Shown: in pieces, positions 36,991-50,952 of the stretch
How the letters are laid out: every line of letters starts with the position of its first letter
How positions within the stretch are numbered: the stretch's first letter is position 1
Assembly: GCA_044892525.1 (NCBI GenBank)
Contig: CM097885.1
Span: 46,130,001 to 46,194,000 of the forward strand
From: Schmidtea polychroa
Taxonomy: Eukaryota
Reading direction: 5' to 3'
DNA: 64,000 nt
The notes under the pieces: model-generated
Databases searched by the model: none
What the model was told of the DNA's origin: nothing
Seen by the model: the letters and a program-made list of their open reading frames with translations, nothing else
Translations under genes and position numbers: made by a program

Positions 36991-39465
36991 TTTTGCTTGT
37001 GTGGACAGTTATGGTAACAATAAAAGTACAAGTGCTTGCTGATGACTAAAGAAAATTTACTACTATGCTGGGTAGTTTTGTCGACAAGTGGTGGTAGAAT
37101 AATAAACAAGTGGTCCTAGTGTTTTCAGGTTGAAACCGTAATTCAGGATGTTAGAACGTAACCGCTAGGTCGTTAACAACTTTTTTTATTTTTATTATTA
37201 CTGGTAGTGAAGGATAACCCATATTTTATGCTCCTTTACTCCGAGCATTGGTTTTATAGTAAGGTTAGCATTGTAGTTGACTATTTTGTAGCCCATTTTC
37301 TATGGATTCCTTGCATGAATTGGGGTTTTTTCTGACCAAACTGTTCTTTTACAAAAAAATGTACAGGAAAATTATGTTCCACGAATCCTCTTTCAATTCT
37401 ACCAGCCATTGTTGTGCATCATAACTACTGAGGAGTTACCTGCTATATAGCCACCTGGCAGGTATTTTATATATGATTTGGCGCTACGAATTAAAATCTA
37501 TAAATTAGATCGAATCGCGCGATACTGAACTCTCCCCTGAATTGGAATTCGGATTGTCTCGCGAGAACTAACTCGGAAACTTTTTCGAATCTCCGCATCA
37601 CAACCTTACTTAACATGATCTAAATATTAAAAAAGTTCGTGGGACCTACAATAACGAAATCATAAAAATGTGCAAAATATCAAATTATGATTATAGTAAG
37701 AAAAATGAACGAACATAGGCGTTAACAAAAAAACATTAATAATTTTCCATTACATTACAAATAATAAAATAAATTTCATAAAAATTAAAGACAAAAAAAA
37801 TTCTTTATGAATCGTGTGATAGTTTGAAAATTTCCAATATCTTGCAATTGAGTAAAAATCGAAATTTTATAAAGTTGCAAAATTTTATTTTTTGTATAAA
37901 AAAGTAATAATTTGTCGAGACTTCGGCCTTATAGTTTTTTGTTGGTTTGCTCAACCAATCACGATCAAAGACGCCTACGTGTTAATTTAATTTTTATATT
38001 TTCGATTTATATTCTAATTGATTTGATTGGTTCATTTTAGTTTTTGTTTTAATTATTAACTTTCTACTTTTATTTTCTTATTTTTTCAATTTTCATAATT
38101 GAATGAGCAAACGCTTTTTTATATCAGTCGCACTCCTTTGATAATCTGATATTTTTTCGCTATTTTTGTGTCTTTTTGACTACAGTTTTGTGTTTTTTCT
38201 GTATTAAGATATGTTTCTTGTGCAATTGTTTGTGAGTATCAGTTTATTATTTTTGCTTTTCTTTTTATTTACTTTTTGTTATTGTTATTTTTTTGTTTTT
38301 AATTGATGCTTTCGTTAAATTTAAATAACTTCAGATGATTTTTACGTAATGTGGCCTCGTCTCGACCTATTATTCTTAATTATTGTAGATTTATTATTAC
38401 TTATTTTAATTATTTTATTCAGTTCAACCACAAGGATTTCATTCTTTATTTGCTGCGCGCTTCAGCCAAACACTTTAAATAGCTTGGTCTGTTTATTAAT
38501 CTTAAAATACATCGGTATTCGGACAGATAAATGTTGTTTTATTTGCCGTAGCGACAGGCGTCATTTAAAGACACGTGGTGTACGCCTAGAGGATGATTTT
38601 TAATGAAGTTGGAAACACTGATAAAAATATACCAAAAACGAATGATATAAGGAAAGGAAAATGCTGAGCCTGATATTCAAAAAGATGAAACCTTAAATTT
38701 AAAATTTAACTCTAAAGACGTGTCAGCGTGAAAACATCACATACCTTCGTGGTATTGAAAATTTGTAAGAGCTGATTTTGAGAATCAAGGTGTCTGGTAT
38801 AGTAAATAATTTGTTCTAAAATGTTTTTGATTTTGTGTGAAATAAATTAAAATTCTCCGGCGTGTCAGTTAATTTATCGTTAAATCATTTTTATAACAAC
38901 TCTGTACATGAATTTTTATCGGTGGTGGCAAGTGGCTTGTAAAAATGGGGTCTGCCACGGAAATCTGGATAAATTATTAGCAATTTTCGTGATTGTCTTT
39001 AACTGGGATTTGATTTAATGACTAAAAAGAATTTCTTTTAAGAGCTTAACAGTTATTCTTAATTTAACAAGCAAATAGAACTAGATTAATGACTTTATTT
39101 GATTCCAATATTCCAAAATAAACATGTTTTGCCTAGATTCAGTCGGAATTACAACAATAAAATTAAAGTGTTTTTTATCAATATTGACAAATAATAAAAG
39201 TTACATCCAAAATATTTTAAATTCTACTACTATCAGGGTTGGATACGAAATTGGCAATCACCCCCCAATGGCGCAGGCAGGATTTTTCAAGATGGTTCAC
39301 AAAAATATTTACTTTTATTGGTGATAAAGAAAATTCTATAATTCCCGATTTGTTTAAATAAATTTATTATTTGATCCAACTTTACTGATATTCAATATTT
39401 TGCATTAGTTATCTATTAATTGCCAGTAGCAACTAGATTATGGATGCTGTCTGTATACTACATTC

Positions 39466-39899
39466 GGTATCAGGACAATATACTCCTGGACAACAGCCCT
39501 ATATACAACATCCCCTATGGACATACCCCCACATTGTAGTTTATGAACTAGTTACTATAAATTAATTATTTAATTAATTATTTATTAATTGTTTATTAAA
39601 TAGTAAATAGTAATAAAATATGTATATAATAATAACTAAATGACATTCTAGAAACAAACTACAACTACAAAACATGTTTTTTAAATGTAACAAGTATTAA
39701 TCAATAAAATATTAGTAACTACTGAACCTGTTTAGCTTTTTCTAAAAGCCTAAATTGTGTACAATGCCACGCAGATAATCCAATGTGTTGCTATTTCCAT
39801 AATCGCGCACAACAGCCTTCAGATCTGAATAAATTTTTATTCTTGACTGGGGCTTGTTGTCCAGGGGGATATTGTCCGGGTGGATATTGTCCCAGAATC
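39466..39899 (-). mobile_element. Internally deleted Mutator-like (Phantom-type) element
   Basis: TIRs built of ggacaatat.c.cc repeats; 9-bp TSD actacattc/accacattc; internal minus-strand LKAVVRDYGNSNTLDYLRGIVHNLGF*, typical of the C-terminus of these transposases. Confidence 0.75.
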
Positions 39900-40377
39900 A
39901 CCACATTCATAACCAACAACACAAACAACGGAGATGCATGCACGTTATGTTTCATTTGAACGAAATTTATAATCTTATTAATTAATCATATTTTCTGATA
40001 ATTATATTTTCCTCCCAGCTGCTAGAAAAACTATGGTTAAGCTCTAATGCACTAAAAGAAAACGAACTGTAAAGAAAATACATCAGCTCGCCATTAACTC
40101 AAAATCGTCTGCTCATTTTTTATTTTGATGGGTATGAATTAAACCGAATATATTTCGAATAGATCCTGTAATTCTAACTGCATGTCATTAATATAATATT
40201 GTGTATCCAATGAGCAATGTACAATATTTTTTGTTTATAGCAGATTGAATTTAGAAATACTATATTTTAACAACAACTCTTATTTTTTTACTTTCATCGA
40301 TATGTAATGAAGTTTGTTTTACTACGAAATTTTTCTTTTTCATAGTAAAGTCCGAATTTTGAAAATTATCAAAGTAA

Positions 40378-40575
40378 TGATGTCGCCGATCGAATATCAA
40401 AGTGTAATAAAATTCTTTGTTTTGAAAAAGAAACCCAGCAGTGAAATTACAAGTTGATATAATCTAACCATCAGAAACATGCTCCATCATTATTAACTGT
40501 GAAGAATTGGGTAAATGTATTCAGATGTGGCCATGTAAATGGTTTTTGATCACACAAGAGAAGGTCGACAACAAA
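40378..40575 (+). pseudogene. mariner transposase 5' (HTH) fragment
   Basis: MSPIEYQSVIKFFVLKKKPSSEI*...HAPSLLTVKNWVNVFRCGH. Confidence 0.7.
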
Positions 40576-43504
40576 ATATTTGATAATGTGGAAAAGAAAT
40601 TTCTAAAAATAAAGCAGGATGAGTGATGATTCACCAATCTCTAAGCTGTCCATAGTTTTCAACCAGAACACTTGTGAAAATTGTGTCGAAGCAATTTCTC
40701 CAAACTAATGCGATCGAAATTAACTTAATTTCGCTTTTAAAATATTTGCCTATGGCGTTCAAGACCATAGTAAGAAATTTCTATTTAACCTTTCATAAAA
40801 ATGTTAAAAATAAATTATTATTATTTCTCTTTATTCCTGGGTATAATATCATGGTTTCTTGATCGCACCATAAATAAATGGTAATGGGATGATGAGATAA
40901 GCCCTTTCCAGTAACGTATGTAAATATTTCGATTATATTATTTAATTTAATATATACTTTGTGGAAAAAGGTTTATCTTACCAATTACTTGTTTAATCTA
41001 GAATTCATATACACATAAAACCGTTTGAATTGAATAAAAATTTCTATATATAAATAAATATATTTATAAATAAATCAATAAAGTTCCATTATCGAAACAC
41101 ACATACGTACATTTGTGTAAAAATTTAATCTCGCATGAAATAGAACCTTTATATAGAAATTGAAGTGGTGGAAAAAATAAATTGAAGACAAGCACAATAC
41201 ATAGTAAAAATGGATAGAAAATACATAGTAAACTTTCAATACGTAGAAATATTCATGGAAACAAAATTTTTAAATTTTGTATTATTTGGGGTGGAGGGAA
41301 AATGGAATATTAAAATTAGTAATTCAATGCCAAAGACACAGCAGAACTCAATTTCAAAAAACTATGACTTGTTAAGAAAATACAGACGAATGTAGACGAA
41401 TTTCATTTTAAACGGTTAATGAAATCTAAAATGTTCATTTAATTTTATAATTTACAAATTTGGAGAGAAAACTTAAAACATTATTTAATAAATATTTGCC
41501 AGTTTTGCTCAAAATGAATATAAAAAATAGAAATATGTAGCTCATAATATAAAACATAAAATATTTAATTAAAAATTATGAAAACTCACTTGAAATTGTC
41601 AAACATTCAAGAAAAAACAAACTTCTAAATTGAATGAAAATAACTGATGATAAATCATGAGTCAACCAAAGATTTGCACACCAACCTGTATTATATGAGC
41701 TTTTATTCCATGCAAACGGGTGTATATAATGATTCCGTCACACAAATTTGTTCTTAGAGATAGTTTTCTCTATTTTTTATATTGCAGAATTAAAATTATT
41801 TTGTTCTAGTAAACAAATACTGAAATTTTGATATTTTGACGGAGGAAAAGATCTTGAATTCACTGTGGCGGTTAGGCACTATCAGTGTATTATCAGTGTA
41901 AATTTACCAAACCTCGCAATACTAAACTGCTAAACGGCAGTGTTGAGAAAATAAAGAATCCATAAAGATCATCTAACGGACAATGATTTCAATTTGTTTT
42001 TTTGTTTATTAAAATATGTTTTTAAATTTGATATATGATCTCGAGTTTGTATGGCGGAAAAGAGAAATATAATATGTATATGTTGAGGATACATAAATAA
42101 TAAATAATTGATAAATAAATAAAATTTACCTGGAGGATAATCGTCATGACAAACGGGACGATCTATGGAAACGCAGAGAAGAAAGCGGAAGTAAAAAGAA
42201 GCAAAAGATGAGAAAGATAAATCAAACAAAAGAAAGCAAACAAGAAATTAAAACAAAGGTCATCATTAATTAACAAGTACAAAGGGGAAAAGAAATTTCA
42301 AATTCCAAAAACAAAACAGGAATAAAATTTATATCTTGACAGTTGTCACAGATATCGTAATTTCAAGAAATGTCGACTAACAGAAAAAACAAGGCATATC
42401 TGTCATATCGACATGTGTTAGAGATAAGGCAGAGACAGTGCAAATCACGGGATAATCGCTAGGATGCTCGTTCCGTCGCCAAAGGAATATAGTTAAACGA
42501 GACATCAGAAACTTCCCCGGCGATGGAAGTGTATACGAAAACTTGAATCATCTATAATTCATGTTATAAATAAAATTTTCTTTTTATTAATTAGTTTAAT
42601 TGATCGCCAAACTCATTGGTAAAGAGCATTGTAAAAGGCCTCCTCCAGACATAGGCCTCCTATCAACAGTTCGTGGATCTATAAGAAAGTCAGATAATTA
42701 TAGTTCATCTTGTGTGAGTTTACCTTTTGCTGAGATCTACTCGTTTGGTTATCACAATGTGTATTGTATCTAGGTTACACTGGAAATAGCATAAGAGATA
42801 TGTTCAAGGTTTACTTTTAACTCATCACATCTTTGAATATTTTTCTTTATCTTATAGATCAGAAAATTCTAAAAATATTTCGCATTAAGAAAGATATTAT
42901 GATGTATGGTTCTTTCTGTATGAAATTTTGAATTTAGCCCTTTAAAATTATGAGCTTTACAAAAAGATTTTAAATTGCTATATTGTAAATTTTAATTAGA
43001 ATCAAAATTTCTAAGCTTAGCAAGCAAAATGTCAGTAGAGTTAAAATAATTTAATTTCCCCCGAAATCCCAGTCGAAAATTGAATTAAGAGAGTCGACGG
43101 ATAAGAGAGTGTCCTCTGAAAGGAGCCAATGAATTGGAAAGCCATCAATATGGTCTAAACTGAATATTCAAACAGAATATTGAAAATAGAAGAACTAAAA
43201 CGAAAGTTAGGAAGAGTTAGAGTGAGAAATCTGAGTGAAATCTAACCAAATTTGCAGAGGTGGTTACCCATTGGGCTACTTACCTATTACAATTAAAAGA
43301 AAAGTGCAGATTGTGTAAATCAAAGTGTTATTGACCAGAATGAAATTAATTTAAACTTAAATAAATTTATTTGGTTATGTTTTCTTCTATTTGATAGAAA
43401 AAACACGAAAAGTGAGTCGAGATTCATAGTCTCCAATTGCAGGACGTAAGTTATTTGTAATTGACCTAAGTAGGTAGTTAGTATGTGATTTAATTGATAT
43501 TCGT

Positions 43505-44510
43505 TTTATATGTTTGTTAGTAACCAGATGTTAGTGCTTGGTACTTGGTTGTATGTACATGGTAGTTAGTATCTAGTTGTTGTTATCCAGCTGTAAGCAC
43601 TTGGCTTTTAGTATCTAGTTTTTGGTTATTGGCACTTGGTAATAAGTATTTGATTGTTGATTGAATTATTACTATTATTATTAATTCACTAAAATTAATT
43701 CACTATTATAATTCACTAAAATTTGCATAAAAATTACCATTGAAAATTATCTTATTAACCCTTAATTGCATGACTGTTTTTTATTTATTTTGAATAAAAT
43801 AAAATAACGTCTTGTATAGTATAAGTATATTAAGACTTGTGGCGCATCTAGCGTTCACTTTATGAACTAAATCCGTTAAAAAGGTTTGTAACTCACAAGC
43901 AACACTATGAAATGGTTAGTTCTTATTTATTTTAGGCGATCTAAACATGGAATTCTGGTATGTTGCAAATTTGCTACACAACGCAATTAAGGATTAACGT
44001 TGGCTTTAAAAATTTCATTACATTATTTTTTAAAATTATTATCTTACTTAATTTTAAATTATTACTTATTTTATTCATTTTTAAATATAATACCATAATT
44101 TCTCAGATGTCATCGTTTCTTAAAAATATCTTATAGTAAATTCCTCTACACAAATCCTGGGACAAATAATACCCCTCACTAAAGTGTGATATTCACATTG
44201 ACGCTTCACATTGATATAAAAACCTAAGACCAAATATGCCTCACTATAGTGTGACATTCACATTGACATATCACCTATTTGACTTCTGAACCACAGGCTT
44301 TTTCAGCGAGAGGCAAAATCTAGTACATAAATCCCTGAGAACAAAAATATCCCTTCACTATAGTGCTTCACATCGACATGAGACCCATTAACCATCTGCA
44401 CCATAGTTCATTTTGACCTGAAAATTTTTGTAGTTCATTTTTTACGTTATGGAGCAACGACCAATTGACATTAAATCCTGAGACCAAAATAGTGTTTCAC
44501 AGTGACAAAA
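43505..44510 (+). repeat. Diverged relative of the 2.07-3.69 kb composite repeat
   Basis: Same order: tacttggt/tagttg units, ttgaattattact, tttgcat, AT tract, then units with aaatcc(c)tgagacca...cctcactatagt. Confidence 0.6.
43759..43993. mobile_element. piggyBac-type MITE
   Basis: TTAA|CCCTTAATTGC ... GCAATTAAGGA|TTAA. Confidence 0.65.
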
Positions 44511-45528
44511 AACATGTGGCACACGGGCACAGGCTTCATTTTGACTAGGAGGAATTAAGGGGCAGCGAGCTACTAACTACCTACTGACCTAAATATTGCA
44601 AGGAACGTAATTGAATATTCGTTGTACGCAATATCAATATTTCCATGACTTTTAAGTTTCTATTAGAAAGGATAGTGCAAAACATAATATCATGCTACTG
44701 TACTAATGGGGAAAGTTGTATAAAGGAATAATTATTATGTATACAATATTTGTTAACAAAACCAAATTTTATTAAATAAATCTCAACTATATATGACTTC
44801 AATATATTTTTGGTACTAATATCATTAGATAGATTGTCAAATTTTAAGTAATTTCCAATCAAATCTCTCATACATGAAAAAAATTGAATGGAAGAAGCGG
44901 TACAATTTGAATCTATACATAACATCTATTAATTTAAAAATTTTTAGAATTAAATCTCGACATCAAAACTGGTTAGATTAAAATAAATATTGTGGAACAG
45001 AAAATCATTGTGGTCGTAGCATATTGATTCATGTCCATTACTGTATGGAATAGGCACACAACTTTATTAATGAATCTACAAATTTATAGACTAACACACA
45101 CGCATGGGAAAGCAAATTTTCTCTCACAAAATTCCACATACACACACACTTGACTTGTTTGTACCGCTTATGAGATCATGTCAGTTTATCTGAGTAGTTA
45201 TTGCTAGCTTTCAATCGCAAACATTTAATATTCCAATTTGTTATGAATAATTTCCATTCGAAAGCATAAGTGAATTTTGAATTTTTGAATTTTTCTGGAA
45301 TCATTATTCTATGAAAACAGGATTTTTCTTTCTAAAACGTGAGTTCATAAAAATTTATTTTATTTTTTAATTATTAACTTAATTGACTGGCGATAAGTCG
45401 TTGAATATTTTTTTATTTAAATGACTATTATTTAGAATTTCTAATGGAAAAGTTTACACTTTGACAATTTAATTTGTTTAATAAACATAAAAATTAATTT
45501 TAATTCTAGAATAGTAAATCCCGGTAAA

Positions 45529-45970
45529 ATGCGAAACTCTGGAACTAATAAACAACAGTACCAAGTAAGATTTCAATTTTTTTAGTATTAACTTTGTCAT
45601 ATTTTTTTAACTAGAATATTTGATTTTTTTTAAAAATTAACTAATGAAAACGTTTAAATTTATTTGATAAATTATTTAGATCGATAGAAATATACTTAAA
45701 ATGTCTCCGCAAATGTCTAACAGTCGCCATCCAATCTCAAATTCCAAAATCGATTCTATTAATAACTCACAAACCGACAATTGTGCTACAGTGAACCAAT
45801 GGAAAATGCACCAGGTTCCTATTCCATCACAGATCCATATGAATCAATATATTGCACAACAGATACAGAATCATTTGAAATCCAATCAGAATCATTTGGT
45901 GTGCACTTGTCCACCGGAAGTCCATAAAGGTATGACATCAATAAAAACCAAAGCTCCAAGAGAAGGATGA
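45529..45970 (+). CDS. Unidentified Q/N/S-rich protein, two exons (possibly part of a longer gene)
   Basis: Exon 45529-45564 (caa|gtaag) splices in frame to 45680 (ttag|atc) and ORF 45701-45970; a possible donor aag|gtatga at 45929/45930. Confidence 0.5.
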
Positions 45971-46018
45971 ATGGGTTACATGTTCCAACTTAGCTTTCGG
46001 GGAAATTTTCTTATATAT

Positions 46019-47203
46019 ACCTGGTGCCTCAAAATGTTTCCGACCTACGCCAGTTAGAAATTGTAAAATAGCAGACAACAACTTTTTATTAGTATAACAT
46101 CACTACTTCTCAAACCAATTGCCATTGTAATCCAAACAGTTCTGCCAGCGTGCAGGTAGAGTTTCAAATGTACCATGGTAAAATAATGGTGGAAACCCTT
46201 CAAAAATGTTTTCGATGGCCTTTTGTAAACTGTCTGCATCCGTGAAATGCTGTCCTGGCAGACAATAATCAGAAAGAGCTATATCTGGACTATATGATAG
46301 ATGAAGAATGACATCAAATCTAGTCACTATAGTCTTCTCTTGAGCAACCCAAGTTGTGTGCACCGGTTCATTGTTGTGCGAGTCAATCTGAAAACATTTT
46401 AAATGAGCTTGTCACAGTATGCATTAATTGTATTCTCTTTTCCAACAAAGTCGTCAGGACGAACCTTTTAAACTTTTACCTCTTCAAGCCTCTGCCATTC
46501 CATCGACTTGCATCTTAATTTAGGCACATGAAGATTTAAAGGTTCTCATGAACGGGGATAGGATTCTGTGAAATTCAAGTTCCATATATGTGATAAATTG
46601 AAAGGTTATGAGAACATGCTTTCCGTCGATCTGCACACATATCTAAATGAAGAAACCTTGGGGCGAAGTATGAGGCGACCTTATGTAAATTGAGGTTCAG
46701 TAACAACTGTTCACTCTTGGCCAATTGGAGACTCGTTGACCATCTGCCAGCTGTCTGGTCGTTACTCGACAATCCTCATATTCTATTTTCTCCAATTTTC
46801 TTTATTGTTCTTATTTGTCAAGTACTTGGGACGTCCTCCCTTTTCTTCATTATTTATACTTTGTCGTCCCCTCTTTAATTCTGTAATCCAGGATATAATT
46901 GTAAACTTCGAAAGACATTTATATCAATAGACTCGTATCAAATTTTCAGTAATTTGCTGGCTGCTTTGATCAAGAAAAAGGTTAAACCTAATTGCGCTGT
47001 GATACTTAACCTTATCCATAATTTTTATTTGCACTGACATATTTGTGTTTTACACCAAAAATAAAAGGTAAAATCAACAATAGATTATTTTCAAAATAAT
47101 CGAATAATAAAATCAAAATAATCAATAAAATGATGACAAAAAAGAGTAAAAAATTCATTTATAACTGGGGTAGACTGGAAACATTTCGGGTGCATCACCT
47201 TTA
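46019..47203 (-). mobile_element. mariner (DD34D) element with pseudogenised transposase
   Basis: Imperfect TIRs (aaatgtttcc..ctac.ccagtta); ATG at 47019 (MDKVKYHSAIRF...GGRP) and C-terminal YSPDIALSDY...LPARWQNCLDYNGNWFE*. Confidence 0.88.
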
Positions 47204-48251
47204 TATGTTTTGAAGTATTGAAATCTTCTAAAATAACCTTAACGTTTTAATTTTGTTTAGGAAAAGAATCTTTGAATTTTATTCTTATTAATAATATTCA
47301 AAAATTATATTTTATTGTTTATTTTACTATTTTTTTATTTATTATTCAATTATTATTAAAAATTAAGTTTTTTAGAAATTGAATAAAATACAAACTTAAT
47401 TTGTCATTGCATGTGTAAAATTATATTCAGAGGCGCTCTTGGGATTTATTATTTAGAGATGACAAAAAAAATAATAGGTCTTTATAAATTATTTATTTAG
47501 TTTTTCGAACTTTTTTTAAAAATATTTTATATTAATTGATAAAAAGAATTACAATATAATTTGTCCGCAAAATTGTCAAAAAAAGTTATATTATTATAAT
47601 AAAAAATAATGTTATAATTTTTTTTGTAAAATAAGTCTATACATCGTTTTTTGTAAATACAATATTAATTAGTTATTTATCTTTATATTTGTTTCTTTCC
47701 TCATAATTATTATTTTTTCTAAATTTTTATCATTCTAATAAATTCAGTAGTTTAAAGCTCCTATCAAATAATAAAAATTCATTCACCATAGATCTTTCTA
47801 AAAATCAGCATTAATGTCTATAAAATGATGATTATTAGAATTCAAAAATATGGTTAAATAAATTTTCTTTTTTTCTTATTTATTAATGGTATTTTCAATG
47901 AAAAAACCAAATCCTCAGTATAAATATTATCATTAATTATTAATTTGAATTTAGTAATAAAATAACTTCAAGTTCTGTCGGATGTTATTCAAAATATAGC
48001 TCTATTTTTTTACAGAATTTGTATCTTCATAAATTTTCTCGCGAATGCTTTTCTAAGTTTCGATATTTTATGTTAATTGAACAAAACCATTCCTGTACTT
48101 AATGCTGAAATTATGGTAACACTTGGGTTTACTCCTAAACAAAGTTCCCTCTAATTTATCTTTTTTGTTAGACACAATGAAATTTTAAGTCTTATTCCAA
48201 CATTTTTTTATTAATTACAATTTTTAGATTCTCTTGTTTTTATGAAAATTT

Positions 48252-48420
48252 AAACAACTGAGGCGTGCAATTATTAATATTGATGTAACTATTGGTCATA
48301 AAGATAATTACTTTAATTTAAGTTACATTAATATAATTTAATATTGATATACAAATTTAACATAAATGGTTATTTCAACTAATTGATTACACTTATAACA
48401 TTTACACTATATTATTTTTA
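48252..48420 (+). repeat. Dispersed AT-rich repeat, second copy at ~61320-61500
   Basis: gaggcgtg..aattattaatatt.atgtaa.ta.tggtcata ... aaatttaaca.aaat..ttatttc.actaa is shared. Confidence 0.75.
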
Positions 48421-50050
48421 AATCGGAGTTTTGAAAATTCTTACGATGAGCAGATAAAAAATTTCAATTTCAATATATTATTTAAAAAATGTTGTGTATG
48501 ATTTTATTTATTTTTTTAATATGAGGTTTGTAAGGAATTTCAAAACTTTCTCTTAAATAACCATAAAAATTTGGCATAGGTCTAATAAAATTAATTGAAA
48601 GTATTATGAAATGAATATGTTTTCTTGTGATCAATGGGTAATTATGTCTTGTTATTTTTTCTATGATTTTCTACTTAACACGAGAAGCCAAATGCAGAGC
48701 TAATTCTTGCCGAAACTTTACTAATAGCACAACAATATTATAGTATTTCGGATATCATGTCAAAATTACAAAACCCTCACGTGTTTGAATATTAAAAAAA
48801 TAAATTAAAAGAATTTGAATTTCTGTAGTTGTTTTTAAATAAATAATTTGGAATATCTGAATTTAATTGCTTTCAACAATCTCTTAGGATTTCCTATTAA
48901 AAAACAGAAAAAATCAATCAAAATAAAGATATTTTTCGACAATGTATATAAAAAATATATTCAATTTATTATACATTTATTTGTTCACGTATACTTAATA
49001 AAACTTAATAGATTAAAACTTTTAAACATTTAAATTTATTATATTCCAATCTATATTTTAACATTTAAAGTCTTAAAAAATTAATATTTTAATTTTTAAT
49101 AATTTTTTAAAAAATTCTTTGTTATTTAAATAGTCTATTTTTAAAATATATTCATACATTTATTTTTGAATATTTTTTAGAAACCTATATTTGAATTTTT
49201 AAAAATATATACTTTTAATGTTTAATAGAAATGTTTTTTTTCTCTTTTCAATTTTTGTTGAGCATTACAAGTTGTCAGGATGCAACCTCACAGGATAAAG
49301 GGAACGTTTTTCATAAGTAAAAGATTGACGCTTATTATTTGAATATACTTCCGCAAATAATGTACCAAATAAGTTTTATTTCCACAAGGAAGACGGCAAA
49401 TGAAACATCATGTCTTGATTACAAACATTATAATCACAAGATAAAAGTAGCATTGACATTCTTTAAAACTTGTTTGAAACTTGTAGGAAACACTATTTTA
49501 TTTGTCCAAATAAGATTTCAAAAGATAGGACTGGAATATTTTGTGGTTTCTTAAAAGCTTGAGACAACATGTTATGAAGCTGTTGAACTCTAGCGTCAAA
49601 TTTTGAGTAATCTTTTCTTATTTTTCTAAATCTATTTTAATGAACATTCAATATACAAATCAGAATTTTGTTTTCTTAACAAAAAAAAGAAAATAACTGG
49701 ATTAAGGTGATGAAGATTTTTATTTATTTATATTGAAAGTAATTAGAAGCTCTTATGAAAGAAATTTAAAGCAAGACCCCGGTTATCTGGTTTGCAATTA
49801 ATAATCTTACCAAACTTCTTACTTTTGTACATTTTATTAGGATATTCTAAAATTTATAATCTAAACGGTTTCAATAGTCTTTCAGCTTTAATAAAATCCT
49901 TTGAAATTATGATTAGGATTAAAGTTGGATTATTTTAGGAAAAGATATTTATTTAAGTAATTTCCATTAATATCTTTTGAAAATATCATCACTTAAAATA
50001 AAATAATTTATAATCTTTCACTTATTATTCAAATTAATTTTTTAAAATTA

Positions 50051-50952
50051 CTCCCTCCGTCCCATAATACGGGATAATTTTCTCCGTTTTTCTTGTCCCA
50101 TATTACTGGATATGTTTCTATAAAAAACTAATTTTGTCAAAAAGTTGATATATTTCTATTAAATTTATTTCTTAAAAATGGTAGTTCTGCTATATAAGTG
50201 CATAAAAAATGTATTTGTGTTGTGGTCACATGTGATTGCTATATTTTTAAAAAAAGAATGAAACTTTTTATTTATTTAGAACGGAAAGAGCAATTGCTAA
50301 TATTCATTGGCCATATGTGGTTGATTGTAATTGTTTCCTTCATTGACTTTGATGCTTTCAATCATACAATTTTGGAGAGATAAAAAACTTTATTCAACGA
50401 ATCACGAGGCATGTCATTACTCACATGATATTTAGCTGCAATGGAATTGTATATACCCCCTCTTAAGAATTCCGTTGTCACTTTCACTTAGCTAATCCTA
50501 CTATATTAGCCTCATATGTTCATTTGAAAGTTCACGTTTATTTCGTTCCATATTTATGGATAAAAATTTGAAAAGATTTAACTTTTATGACGAAAAGCTG
50601 AAATAATGTTTACAAAAGAAACACAAAAATGAAATGTCAAAATTATAGGGGATGTCCAGTAATAATAAAACATTGTTAAATGTGAACAAATAAGTTTAAA
50701 ATTATCGTTTATTTCTTTAATTCTTGACAAATTATAGAGTATTTTAAGCTTTTTGTGAAAATTATCCAGTAATTTTTGTAATTTTTGATCTTTTATAAAA
50801 TAATGACGGTTATATTTACGGTAAATGATATTTTTTAGAAAGTCGTATAATTAATTCAACTCACAAGAAAATAATATTGAGGTAGAGCCGTATATTCGCG
50901 AAAATCCATGGACACAAAACGAATAATATCCAGTATTATGGGACAGAAGGAG
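50051..50952 (-). mobile_element. Internally deleted DD39D (plant-mariner/Stowaway-type) Tc1/mariner element
   Basis: TA|CTCCCTCCGTCCCATAATAC ... GTATTATGGGACAGAAGGAG|TA; internal minus-strand LNKVF/LQNCMIESIKVNEGNNYNQPHM (~50304-50398) and LKRG../SIAAKYHVS. Confidence 0.8.

Noticed and set aside
42030..43450. LTR-like purine-rich stretches
   Set aside because: No clear TG...CA boundaries, PBS, TSD or second copy in the window.
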